This document shows positions 9,971-22,756 of a stretch of 64,000 nt of DNA, piece by piece. A program made the translations under genes and the position numbers. The DNA is taken from contig JBEKKX010000008.1 in NCBI GenBank assembly GCA_050010515.1, positions 1-64,000 on the forward strand, in the 5' to 3' direction. The DNA is from Candidatus Bathyarchaeia archaeon. Its GTDB lineage: Archaea; Thermoproteota; Bathyarchaeia; Bathyarchaeales; Bathycorpusculaceae. The notes beneath the pieces were generated by a model. That model searched no databases and was not told where the DNA came from. It was given only the letters and a program-made list of their open reading frames with translations. Each line of letters begins with the position of its first letter. Positions within the stretch are counted from its first letter, which is position 1.

Positions 9971-10785
9971 TCGTTTGTTCCTCCTTGTTTTTTGTTTTTG
10001 GTCTGTTTACTTTTTCTGAGAATTACTGCGGCTGTTGCGGCCGCAATCAAGACTGCGATTACAGTTATAAATGTGTAATTTGTCATTGGGGGCGTTTGTT
10101 TGCCTGGCTGTGTTGGCGTTGCCAATGTGGAAGAAGGTGTTGCGGAAAAGTAAGGCGTTGGAGAAGGTGAAAGTAAAGGAGAGGGAGAAGGCAAATTAAT
10201 GTTCGGCGGTGGAGGAGGAGGAGGTATTGCGTAAACGGAGACTCCGTTGTCGTCGTATCCCAGACTTTCCTCAGTGCCTAAAAAGTTGTAGTTTACAAGT
10301 TCGATGTTTGTGAGCAAGGCTATCCACTTGTACCCCCACTCGCCAGGCACTACCATGGTAAACCCAGGTAGAGGATTTCCGTTTAATGCGTAGGCTAGCA
10401 CTATGTAGCTTTGCTGTGCTGTCGCTATTGGCAAGTCTGTTGTAAAGCCGTCGCTTGCAAAAAAGGCGACCTTGATCGCGTTGGGGGAAACTCCTGCTGT
10501 CTCCAGTACCGTCCAAAGTTGGACTCCGGTCCAGTTACCTTCTGCGACCGCAACGCCAGGGTCATCCACGCAATACATCACGGCATATTCAGTGGTTTGG
10601 GGCATAGCCTTCAGATCTGCCAATGTAAGATTCAAAGGGTTCTTAACAAGTCCAGTCACGCTTAGCTGCCAGGTGGTAGTGTTAGTCTCTGCATGAGCGG
10701 TAGGTTTTAAACTCCAGCTAAAGGAGGCGACAAGAAGTAGTCCGATTATTGTTGCAGTTACTAATAGAAACGCGGATTGCTTCAT
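9967..10785 (-). CDS. Secreted, membrane-anchored sulfite-oxidase-family (MsrP/YuiH-like) molybdopterin-domain protein
   Basis: Signal peptide from ATG 10785; WQLSVTG, MYCV (Mo-ligand Cys position), WTGV and PGEWGYKW motifs; Pro/Ser/Thr linker and C-terminal TM helix. Confidence 0.8.
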   Translation of the reverse strand: MKQSAFLLVTATIIGLLLVASFSWSLKPTAHAETNTTTWQLSVTGLVKNPLNLTLADLKAMPQTTEYAVMYCVDDPGVAVAEGNWTGVQLWTVLETAGVSPNAIKVAFFASDGFTTDLPIATAQQSYIVLAYALNGNPLPGFTMVVPGEWGYKWIALLTNIELVNYNFLGTEESLGYDDNGVSVYAIPPPPPPPNINLPSPSPLLSPSPTPYFSATPSSTLATPTQPGKQTPPMTNYTFITVIAVLIAAATAAVILRKSKQTKNKKQGGTNE

Positions 10786-11174
10786 TATGTTACCAACTTT
10801 ATTGGTTGACAAAATATGACACGTGGCATATTTAAGAGTATTCCCGCTAAAAGGCGTTACTTCACGAACCAATTTGGCCTTCAACTGCTTGTAAACATCT
10901 TTAGCGCCAAGTTATAGTGTAAACATCATTTATCAGCATACCACAGCAATAACCCTCTTAACCTTGGCTGGTCACCCTCAACCAGAGCCAAGTAACTTAC
11001 TGGATTAGCGTTTGCAAACTTGAGGTAATAGTCTAACTCCATAAGGCATCAACCCCTAACACGCTATTGCTAACAGCAAAAAATTTTCGCTTATCCTCAG
11101 TTGAATAATAAAAATTTGCTTTAACAAACACAATAAAGTTTAAAAGAGACTTTTCCATCTCTAAACGGCTTTAT

Positions 11175-11243
11175 CAGAGGCAAGAGACATACGTGCGAAC
11201 CGGTAGGAGCCAGTTCAGAAAACATGCGCTCAACTTGCCCCTG
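11175..11243 (+). promoter_or_regulatory. Long hairpin in the 5' leader of a small ORF
   Basis: CAGAGGCAAG pairs with CTTGCCCCTG (9/10); inner stems GAG/CTC, CGTG/CATG and GAAC/GTTC; TATA-like TTTAAAAG about 30 nt upstream. Confidence 0.45.
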
Positions 11244-11275
11244 TAAAAATCACAGTAACAAAAGGAGGAAAAGAA

Positions 11276-11401
11276 ATGTTATCAAGAGATTGTGACGGAT
11301 GCTCCCAAATGAAAGCGTGCAGTAAACGTTACTTCATCGTGGAAAAAGGCAATTGTGTCTTCTGCCCAGACGGAACAGCCCATTTAGTAGATGGACTATA
11401 A
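11276..11401 (+). CDS. Cys-rich microprotein MLSRDCDGCSQMKACSKRYFIVEKGNCVFCPDGTAHLVDGL (41 aa)
   Basis: Strong AGGAGG ribosome-binding site; CxxC...C...CxxC...H pattern; below the ORF-track cutoff. Confidence 0.7.
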   Translation: MLSRDCDGCSQMKACSKRYFIVEKGNCVFCPDGTAHLVDGL

Positions 11402-11660
11402 AATCAAGCGAAAAAATCATTTTAAAATTTTTTCATTTGCTCCGTTTTTTTTATTTTCTTACTGATTTTTCGCGGTAAATAACCAAAAAATGAATTACAA
11501 AATGAATTCAACAATAAAAAAGAATTAATCATTTCATAAAATTTTAATCGCATAATATATAATTTTTTTGTTTGAGAAAATGCGTTAACGCTGTTTTTGA
11601 GAGACACATGTTAGCGACGAAAGAATTAGGTAGCTCGGCGGTCATTTAACGCGTAGGAGC

Positions 11661-11897
11661 TTAACAGAGGGTGCAAATCATCAAATAATCCTTGACGTGA
11701 TCTATTCTTAATTTATGGCTCTTAACGTAATCTTCCAATTGATTGGGCAATGATTCACTAGCTAAGGTTGCATCCGTTAGAACTACATAGCCTTCAGTTT
11801 CAGTATCATAAATCCCCCACTCAGTAAACCCTTTGAATACTTTAGGGTGACAGGCGGGGAACTTCTTTGAAAATTCTATTGCTTCAGCAAAATCCAT
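11661..11897 (-). CDS. Hypothetical protein (78 aa)
   Basis: ATG-started ORF with protein-like composition; no family recognised. Confidence 0.55.
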   Translation of the reverse strand: MDFAEAIEFSKKFPACHPKVFKGFTEWGIYDTETEGYVVLTDATLASESLPNQLEDYVKSHKLRIDHVKDYLMICTLC

Positions 11898-12226
11898 GCA
11901 AACAAACCCGATTTACATACCAATTTGCTGCATGAAATTATTAAAAACTTATGCGTAAAACAGGCTACAACTTTGTTTAAAATTGTCAGATCGCACCGTT
12001 GTGAATGGCAAAACTTCGGCGGATCAGGGCATCCCCTCACATATCACGCCATACCTAACCCGTGTTATCAGTTTCAAAAGAAATCAAGTTCGAACCAGAA
12101 ACGTTTAGATCTCTACGTAATTTGAACCCAACGGTTTCAAGCCGCATTTATTGCAATTGGAATTTTACCTTGATCGCTTTTGAACGGAATCATAATCAAC
12201 CATAGCTCACTTCTGTAAGTGAGTTA

Positions 12227-12457
12227 TCATGTTTCCTGTTTGCTTTTGCGTCTTCTATCAATCAAACGGAAGGCTGCGTTAGCGCCGACAAAAATTACCA
12301 ATAAAACCAAGAGAAATCCAAGGAAACTGAAGATTCTAGCCAGCAAGAGAAACAAGTTCAACACTAGCACAACAGTGGCGATGATGAAGATTGCAGCCTT
12401 CTCTTTAACGATAACCTTAGGAGACATAGATTTGTTGGTCACGATTAAATGCACCAC
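12227..12457 (-). CDS. Small two-TM membrane protein
   Basis: Two hydrophobic helices followed by a basic tail. Confidence 0.5.
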   Translation of the reverse strand: MVHLIVTNKSMSPKVIVKEKAAIFIIATVVLVLNLFLLLARIFSFLGFLLVLLVIFVGANAAFRLIDRRRKSKQET

Positions 12458-12743
12458 TTGCTCTTACTAATCTCTTTCCCGTTCACTGCAACTTAAACGT
12501 TGAAAGAGCATGGATTAGTCAACTTAGTTTCCTTGAAATGTCTGCAAGCAAAAAGCTACAGTGAAAAAGCGAAAAAGTGACAATAATGCGGTTCGTCATC
12601 CAGAGTTGACAGGATTAACCCTGAACATTGGTCCAAAATTAAGGGGACTAATTTTTTTTATCTTTTAGGAATAATCAATTCTCATTCCTTTTTTTAGAAA
12701 TTCTAAAAACAAGTTGCATTGAAATTTTGAAAAAAGAAAGAGG

Positions 12744-13484
12744 TTATGTGGTTGTGGGTCCTGCGGCATGACGGATTTCGGGTTTTTCCATTTCTAATCC
12801 TAATCCTTCAGCGACGCGGCGGCCATATTCTGCATCAGCTTTGGCGAAGAGTTTCGTTTGTCGAATTTGGATTTCTTTGTTAGCGTTTCGGAGGTGGGAA
12901 ACAATGTTGCCGATGAGGTGGTTTCGATCCTGTTCCGTCATCGCTTTTCGGTACAGTTCTCCGGGTTGAATGAAGTCATCGTTTGGATAGGTATATCGCT
13001 GTCGCCCTGCGGTTCCAGAGACTTCAAACGTTGGTTCAGCAGCTTGAATGTCTGGTTCGGGACCATTAAAACTGTTGGGGTAATAGTTGGCTGTGCCCTT
13101 ACCGTTTGAGTCAAACCGCATAAAGCCGTCTCGCTCGTAGTTCTTCATTTCTACGCCTTTTGGCCTGTTAACTGGAAGCAAGTGATAGTTGGGTCCTAGG
13201 CGGTAGCGGTGAGCGTCGTAATATGCGAATAAGCGTCCTTGCAGCATTTTGTCTGGTGAAGCAGCGATGCCTGGTACAAAGTTTGCTGGGGAAAACGCGG
13301 CTTGTTCTACTTCAGCGAAATAGTTCTCAGGGTTGCGGTTCAGTACCATTCGACCAATATTCATAGGAGAATAGTCGCCGTGGGGCCACACTTTCGTGAC
13401 GTCGAAAATGTCAAAGCGATAAGTTTCTACGTCTTCCGGAGGCATTATCTGCACTTGTAGCGTCCAAGACGGATAATCACCGCG
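12744..13484 (-). pseudogene. katA: Monofunctional heme catalase, 3' half only
   Basis: RGDYPSWTLQVQIMP, FDVTKVWPH and DKMLQGRLFAYYDAHRYRLG (proximal Tyr). Homology ends at an in-frame TAA (13485..13487), so the N-terminal catalytic His/Asn region is missing. Confidence 0.85.
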
Positions 13485-13569
13485 TTAAGAACCGCATCAA
13501 TTTGGGGTCAAGTCTCTACCGGACGCATACACGTTTGGGAGTAAGTGCGGTCCAACTCGTCCAACAATT

Positions 13570-13603
13570 TTTTACTGGTAAATTGGTGCTGCTATCCCCC
13601 GTC
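13570..13603 (+). repeat. 34-bp degenerate direct repeat, copy 1
   Basis: TTTTACTGGTAAATTGGTGCTGCTATCCCCCGTC; 28/34 identical, ungapped, to 16030..16063. Confidence 0.55.
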
Positions 13604-13647
13604 TAATAGTAGCGCACGTATTACAAAAGCAGCCAGAGCCTGCTGTA

Positions 13648-14423
13648 TCAGTTTAATGGACCTAAGAAAAAATACGATTTATGGAGTTCAAAACCGATGG
13701 AGGAATATACTCGAAATGCTGTTAAATTGTAGTTTCTGACGGAAATCATAGGCGTCGAAGGAATTCTTAGGATTTTTTCAACGAACGCTGAAACTATGCT
13801 CGTGGCATACCCTCTGTTCCTAAATGGCGTGAGCGTTACGATTGGACCGATCAAAACTCCATAATCATTTACTCTGGCCGCGCCTACTGAGACTAGTTTT
13901 CCACTTTCTCGGATGCCAAGCCACATAGAATCTGCAAACCGAGATTTGACTTGCTCAACCGTACCAATCCACAATTCTCGTTCCAAGTTAGTCTGGCTCA
14001 TCAATTCTGAAATTTCAAACGCATCTTCAATGTTTAGCTTGATGGGCACGGTTGATATTTTGACGTTTTCTCGCCCTCTCTTGATGGACATTATTGTCCA
14101 TTTATTTTTAGAAGAAATGGACGGATATCTATCTTGAACAATCTTCTCATGCTCGACGGGAATTTGAAGGTAGGCGTGGCCACATGTAACTTTTCCAGCA
14201 TGGTCAGAATCGCGGCTTCCGTTCCCCTGAGCTGTATTACGTGATTATCGTAGTTCAAGCCTATGCCAATCACTTCTTTCTTGTCATCTGTGACCACGTA
14301 AAATCGGCTTTTTTCTCTATTCTGATTGTAGTTATAAATGAAATAATAGTTGTCCACTAAATCTCCATAAACATATTTCCAGAATGATTTCTCCAGGGAT
14401 TTGTTGAGCTCCGTTAGTTTCAT
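13648..14423 (-). pseudogene. GNAT acetyltransferase split by a frameshift
   Basis: ORFs 14091..14435 and 13648..14091 join with a 1-nt shift near 14180 (...EKLH/GHAYLQIPVEHEK...); acetyl-CoA motif FRNRGYA. Confidence 0.75.
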
Positions 14424-14519
14424 TAGACCAACCAATTGTTTGTATTGACGATGTTGTAAAAAATTTTTCGGAAGAATTTACACAATAAGTTTTCAAGCGC
14501 GTAAGACAAACATGGCTGT

Positions 14520-15860
<1,341 letters not shown>

Positions 15861-16029
15861 TTATATATATTGTTTCCCATCCACGCCGCTTTTCGACCAC
15901 AGAGCCAGCAGGCTTGCCCTGCCCGGCTATGGCAATCTAGTTTCAGTCCAAGCGTTGAGCTATGGTTTCGAACCCGAACTCGCGAGTTCAGAGACGGGCA
16001 ACTTCACCAATTGAGCGTCCTATAGAAGA

Positions 16030-16063
16030 TTTTACTGGTAAAATGGGGCTAGAATCCCCCATC
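16030..16063 (+). repeat. 34-bp degenerate direct repeat, copy 2
   Basis: TTTTACTGGTAAAATGGGGCTAGAATCCCCCATC; pairs with 13570..13603. Confidence 0.55.
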
Positions 16064-16216
16064 AACCCGGAAAGTGGAAAAACCAACTAAACTATGCGAT
16101 AAGAATAACTAAGTGCACAAGCAACGGCTCCAAACTCTAACGGGGAAGGGAATCGTACTCAAGTCAAAAGCCCATCACCAGCTTCTGGGCGAATCCCCAG
16201 TTTTGGAGACTGAAAG

Positions 16217-16342
16217 CTATTTGCGTTTCCTGAAAAGCTCGAGATAACCCATTTCGCAAACGTATTCGTAGCCTGCTTCCATCAGTTGGCAAACTTCTTG
16301 TTCCGAGTGAGCTACTTATGCTGTATTGTTATCACTAGCTCT
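16217..16342 (-). pseudogene. C-terminal remnant of a tyrosine integrase-like protein
   Basis: Reads DNNTA*VAHSEQEVCQLMEAGYEYVCEMGYLELFRKRK*, resembling the ..LxEAGF/YEYV..FRKRK tail I recall from Bathyarchaeal integrases; internal TAA at 16316..16318. Confidence 0.55.
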
Positions 16343-16344
16343 TG

Positions 16345-18564
<2,220 letters not shown>

Positions 18565-18634
18565 TTAAGGATTAGCTTATCACCCTTTCAAGTTAGGAAA
18601 ACAAGCTCTACTTAAGAGCCTCTTAAACGCATTA

Positions 18635-19585
18635 TTACATTTGTTTGTTGCTTTTCTGTTGCTGTGGCAGCGTTACTGGGATTATGGTTGCTTTTGAGAG
18701 GTTTTCTTGCTCATTAAGAATTAGTGATATGGCTTTGCCTTCGGGGACGATTATCTTAGTGTTGTTCTGCAAAGCTGTTGCAATTGTGTCTAGTTGCTTG
18801 AAGACTATGGCGCTGTCTTTGAAGTACGTGGTTATAGCCTCGTTCCTTAGTTTGGTTGCTTGGGCGTCTCCTTCAGCGATAGTGACGGTGGCGGTTTTTT
18901 GGCCTTCAGCTTGGAGGATGGCTGCTTGCTTTTGTCCTTCTGCAACTTGAATCGCAGCGTTTTTCTCTCCGCTCGCCAAGGTAGCTTGAGCTATGGCGGT
19001 TTTTTCGGCTGCTTGCCTTTCGTTATCTGCTTTGAGGACGGACTCCATGGATATTATGAGGTCTTTCGGCGGCTCCAAGTCTTTGATTTCTGCTCGTATG
19101 ATTTCTATGCCCCACTTCTCTGTCTGTTCATCTAGGGCTGTTTTGAGGCTGGTGTTGATTATGGGTCTGGAAGTGTTAGCTATGGCCATGTCCATGCTGC
19201 CTATGATGTCCCTGAGCACTGTTCGGGCGAGGGTGTCTATTTGGTCGGCGAAGCTTGCAACGTTGTACTGTGAAGCCTTCACTGAGGTTTCGTCGGGTTT
19301 AATTTTGTAGAATACTACTGCGTCCACTCCCATGAAGACTTTGTCTTTGGTTATTACATCTTGGCGCTGCACGGGCGTCATACGCTCGGTTGTGTTGACT
19401 TTGATTAGGCGGTCTACGAAGGGCACAAGAAATGTTATGCCTCCTTGAACGAATCTGTGGTATTTGCCAAGCCGCTCTACTAAGCCTTTTTCTGTGGGTC
19501 TAACAATGCGAAGTGAAGAAACGACTGCGTATATGACTATAACTAAAAGTATCACTATTGCTATGATTTCGATTATGTCTGCCAT
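18635..19585 (-). CDS. SPFH/band 7 (stomatin/QmcA-like) membrane protein
   Basis: N-terminal TM helix, VERLGKY, ITKD and AEGxKxAxI repeats. Confidence 0.92.
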   Translation of the reverse strand: MADIIEIIAIVILLVIVIYAVVSSLRIVRPTEKGLVERLGKYHRFVQGGITFLVPFVDRLIKVNTTERMTPVQRQDVITKDKVFMGVDAVVFYKIKPDETSVKASQYNVASFADQIDTLARTVLRDIIGSMDMAIANTSRPIINTSLKTALDEQTEKWGIEIIRAEIKDLEPPKDLIISMESVLKADNERQAAEKTAIAQATLASGEKNAAIQVAEGQKQAAILQAEGQKTATVTIAEGDAQATKLRNEAITTYFKDSAIVFKQLDTIATALQNNTKIIVPEGKAISLILNEQENLSKATIIPVTLPQQQKSNKQM

Positions 19586-19682
19586 ACTATCTCGTCCCTC
19601 TTGCCTATTCTTCTTAGGGTTATGAAGGCAGATTTAAGATTTGCTTAAACTAAAAGGCTCAATTTGCAAGAAGGTAAAGTTA

Positions 19683-19709
19683 GAAAGCGGGCCCGGATTT
19701 GGATCTGCG
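19683..19709 (-). repeat. Decayed duplicate of the tRNA-Arg 3' end (att-like scar)
   Basis: GAAAGCGGGCCCGG is identical to 22212..22225, followed by ATTTGGATCTGCG versus ATTTGAACCCACG after a 4-nt gap. Confidence 0.65.
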
Positions 19710-19797
19710 CCTTCCCTCTTTCATTTCTTCAAGATTCTATGCGCTCAACAGCCAAGCCGTGTCTGTGTTTCTAACTCGGTTTTTGACCAGCAAGTTT

Positions 19798-19833
19798 ATA
19801 TGAATAATAATTCATATGAAATATAATTCATAC
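19798..19833 (+). promoter_or_regulatory. Tandem palindromic ArsR/SmtB-type operator
   Basis: Two overlapping ATATGAA-N6-TTCATA(T/C) palindromes (19798..19817 and 19814..19833) immediately upstream of the ArsR gene. Confidence 0.75.
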
Positions 19834-19851
19834 GATTGTTAAGGGCAAGAT

Positions 19852-20214
19852 GTGAACGAAATGAAAAAAGGACTAACAAAAATCTGCTATCGATTCTTCA
19901 CCAACCTAGCAAACCCCACAAGACTCGCCGCCCTCGAACAGCTAATGGAGAAACCCATGAGTGTAAACGAACTTGCAACCGCGCTCGGACAAGAACAAAG
20001 CATGATCTCACACAACCTTAAACCATTACTCCAATGCAACCTCATCACCATCAAAAGGCAAGGCAAAAAACACATCTACACCATCAACGAAGAAACCATG
20101 CTCCCCATCTTTGGAGCCATCGAAAACCACGCTCAAAAATTCTGCCCCACAGGCGGAAAATGCCTAAAAGGAGAAAACTCGCATGATAAAAAGAAAAATC
20201 GTAAACATAAATGA
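19852..20214 (+). CDS. ArsR/SmtB-family transcriptional regulator
   Basis: LANPTRL, SVNEL, QSMISHNL and RQGK..IY winged-HTH pattern; C-terminal CPTGGKC. Confidence 0.9.
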   Translation: MNEMKKGLTKICYRFFTNLANPTRLAALEQLMEKPMSVNELATALGQEQSMISHNLKPLLQCNLITIKRQGKKHIYTINEETMLPIFGAIENHAQKFCPTGGKCLKGENSHDKKKNRKHK

Positions 20215-20836
20215 AAACCTCTGCAACGGATGCGGCAACTGCATCCCCAAATGCGCAGAAGGCGCCCTCCAAATAGTAAACGGCAAGGCAAAAATAATCA
20301 ATGAGGTCTACTGCGACGGTTTAGGCGCCTGTTTGGGACAATGCCCTCAAGGAGCAATAACCATAACAGAACGTGCAGCAGAACCCTTCGACGAAAACGA
20401 AGTGCACGAACACCTCAAGAACAAAACAAACCCCACGCCGTCCACAAGCATCCAAGCCAACACGACGCCGCAAAAGCCCCAGTGGCCTGTAAAACTAAAC
20501 CTTGTCCCAACGAAGGCTCCGTTCTTCGAAAATGCCAACCTGCTACTTGCCGCTGACTGCGCCCCTATTGCACTCAAAAACTTCCACGACACACTAATGT
20601 CTGGGAAACGAGTCGTCATAGGCTGCCCAAAATTCGACGACGCCAGAGCATACGCCCAAAAACTAACTGAAATCCTCAAACAAAACAACATCGCAACCGT
20701 GACCGTTGCCCATATGGAAGTTCCCTGCTGTACTGGCTTAAAATGGGCAGTAAACAAGGCGCTTGAATTATCAGGCAAGCAAATTCCAGTTAAAGAGTAT
20801 GAGATAAAAATTGGAGGCGAAATAGTTGAGCTCTAA
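20183..20836 (+). CDS. 2[4Fe-4S] ferredoxin-domain iron-sulfur protein (family often found beside hcp)
   Basis: CNGCGNCIPKC, CDGLGACLGQCP, QWPVKL, AADC, GCPKFD and MEVPCC motifs. Confidence 0.88.
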   Translation: MIKRKIVNINENLCNGCGNCIPKCAEGALQIVNGKAKIINEVYCDGLGACLGQCPQGAITITERAAEPFDENEVHEHLKNKTNPTPSTSIQANTTPQKPQWPVKLNLVPTKAPFFENANLLLAADCAPIALKNFHDTLMSGKRVVIGCPKFDDARAYAQKLTEILKQNNIATVTVAHMEVPCCTGLKWAVNKALELSGKQIPVKEYEIKIGGEIVEL

Positions 20837-21080
20837 AGATAAACCCATGGAAAAGAACCCTCAAACATGCCCTGGACTGCGGGACCTGCTTCAGCCTAAA
20901 CCAGCCTACATTAAATGCCATGTTTGCGGCGGCGACCTAGAAATTTGGAGTGATGAAGACAAAACAGTGTGTCCGGAATGTGGAGCCGAATGGAAACGCC
21001 CCGACAAGACAGCCGCCTGCCTAGAATACTGTCAGTACGCCGACAAATGCCGAGGCATCATCGAATCCCGAAAAACCTAA
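20826..21080 (+). CDS. Small Cys-rich zinc-ribbon/Fe-S protein
   Basis: CPG, CHVCG.LEIWSDE, CPECG and CLEYCQYADKC motifs. Confidence 0.75.
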   Translation: MSSKDKPMEKNPQTCPGLRDLLQPKPAYIKCHVCGGDLEIWSDEDKTVCPECGAEWKRPDKTAACLEYCQYADKCRGIIESRKT

Positions 21081-21083
21081 AAT

Positions 21084-21572
21084 GTGGAGATGAGTCTTTT
21101 GGTAAAAGTTATCGTCGTTTATGACACGAAGTATGGCAACACAAAACTTGCTGGGGAGACCATTGTGGAGGGAATAAAAGAAGTTGAGGGTATTGAAACC
21201 TCCATTGGCTACGTAAAGGAAATCGACATTGGAAAATTGGCTGATTATGACGCAATAGTGTTAGGCGCGCCAAATCACATGGGTAGACCTTCTCAAACTA
21301 TAAAGAAGTTTGTTAATAGGTTGGCTGAACTTGATCTGAAAGCAAAGAATGTAGCTATTTTCGGCACTTATTCGGGGAGGGTAAGAGATCCTGACAGAGC
21401 GGTGAAAAAACTAGAAAAAATGGCGGAAAAGAAGTTGCCTAACCTAAAACTAATTTCATCAAGTCTATCAATAAGAGTGAATGGGATACCTGGTCCTTTG
21501 GTAGAAGGAGAATTGCCTAAATGCAAAGACTTCGGAAGAAGAATAGCAAATCAGCTAAAGCAAAAACAATAA
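21084..21572 (+). CDS. Flavodoxin-family protein
   Basis: YDTKYGNT phosphate loop; GAPNH and FGTY motifs. Confidence 0.88.
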   Translation: MEMSLLVKVIVVYDTKYGNTKLAGETIVEGIKEVEGIETSIGYVKEIDIGKLADYDAIVLGAPNHMGRPSQTIKKFVNRLAELDLKAKNVAIFGTYSGRVRDPDRAVKKLEKMAEKKLPNLKLISSSLSIRVNGIPGPLVEGELPKCKDFGRRIANQLKQKQ

Positions 21573-21692
21573 TCCAGTTTTTTCCTCAATTGATTCCGCT
21601 ACTGTCTGGGTGTTTCTGCAATCACATTAAGTGTGCGCATCAAACCTTATCTTATTATCTGAAATATTCTTTAGGAAAAGGGAGAGTTACAA

Positions 21693-22061
21693 TTGAGTAA
21701 GCAGCATCCGCGTATAACGAGAGAGAAAAAAACTATTGACAAGATGGTTCACATATACTGCAAAGGTCACCACGACACCAAAAGGAACGAGCTGTGCCCT
21801 GAATGCACCGAGTTTTTGTCATACGCTTTCTTGCGATTGGACAAGTGTCCTTTTCAAGAAGAAAAATCTACCTGTGGCAAATGTTTGGTGCACTGCTATC
21901 AGCCTCAGATGAAGGAGAAAGTGAAGAAGGTCATGCGGTATTCGGGGCCGCGGATGCTTTTGCACGGTCCTGGTTTGGCGTTGCATCACACGTTTGATGG
22001 ACGCAAGAAGCCTCAAACACTGGAAGAATTCAGGAAAAAAAAGGCTCAAGTTCCAACCTAA
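21693..22061 (+). CDS. YgbA-family (NO-responsive) protein
   Basis: REKKTI..M..YC, LCPEC, RLDKCP, CGKC.VHCY and MRYSGPRM motifs. Confidence 0.9.
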   Translation: MSKQHPRITREKKTIDKMVHIYCKGHHDTKRNELCPECTEFLSYAFLRLDKCPFQEEKSTCGKCLVHCYQPQMKEKVKKVMRYSGPRMLLHGPGLALHHTFDGRKKPQTLEEFRKKKAQVPT

Positions 22062-22216
22062 AGGCGCCCTGCCTCGCCCCGATATTACCTGTTGAAATAT
22101 CTAATTAAATAAAAGTAAGTGAAAACGAATATTTCCGCTAAAAAGCAAGTGGACCAAAAATTTCTCAAGTTGTTTGGGGCTCTATAGGTTCAGATCCTCC
22201 AGTCCAAAAGGGAAAG

Positions 22217-22292
22217 CGGGCCCGGTGGGATTTGAACCCACGATCTCCGGCTCCGAAGGCCGACACCTTAATCCGTGCTAGGCTACGAGCCC
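22217..22292 (-). tRNA. tRNA-Arg(TCG)
   Basis: Cloverleaf GGGCTCG...CGGGCCC; anticodon arm TCGGC-CTTCGGA-GCCGG; T arm GTGGG-TTCAAAT-CCCAC; CCA not encoded. Confidence 0.95.
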
Positions 22293-22383
22293 ACCTTTGA
22301 CAACTCAATAATGCAGTAGCATTAAAGATTTACGACAATTCTTATAAACCAACATAATATTAAACTTGTGTCGCCCTTAACGC

Positions 22384-22461
22384 GGGCCGGTAGCTCAGCA
22401 CGGCTGGAGCGTTCGACTGATAATCGAAAGGTCGCCGGTTCAAATCCGGCTCGGCCCACCA
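22384..22461 (+). tRNA. tRNA-Ile(GAT)
   Basis: GGGCCGG...TCGGCCC-ACCA; anticodon arm TTCGA-CTGATAA-TCGAA; T arm GCCGG-TTCAAAT-CCGGC. Confidence 0.96.
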
Positions 22462-22756
22462 GCTTAATTATGGCTCTTTTGTTTCTTGTAGGTGTATTAA
22501 TTTTAACGCTGACATCAAGACGCCTTTATCTTGCTTTTCTGTTTCCGCTGATTTAGCGTTTCATGGTTCAGCTCGATAGGGTTTAACGGCGGAATTGTCG
22601 TTAAAAGGACGTAGCTATGTTTGGATATGGTTACTTGGTAAAGCTTGGTTTTTAATTCTGGTATCTTAAAGTGATTACGCTGAGCTCCTTTAGGACAGAA
22701 AAATTATTTTGCGCTATACTATTAAGCAACGCAAAGACTTCTTAGCCTGAAAAAAT

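Noticed and set aside
13634-13648. 15-bp exact match CAGAGCCTGCTGTAT also present at 25676..25690
   Set aside because: Short, does not extend, and the interval between the copies contains core genes and tRNAs.
14160-14200. GNAT frameshift as programmed recoding
   Set aside because: No slippery sequence or regulatory logic at the junction, and it lies in a decaying island; treated as a pseudogene or error.
15955-16025. tRNA-like sequence on the minus strand (GCTCAATTGG...CTCTGAA...GGGTTCGAAACC)
   Set aside because: The acceptor, anticodon and T stems do not pair; at most a heavily decayed remnant.
22368-22556. 62-aa ORF over tRNA-Ile (and the 83-aa ORF at 25668..25919 over the 5S rRNA)
   Set aside because: Spurious translations of RNA genes.
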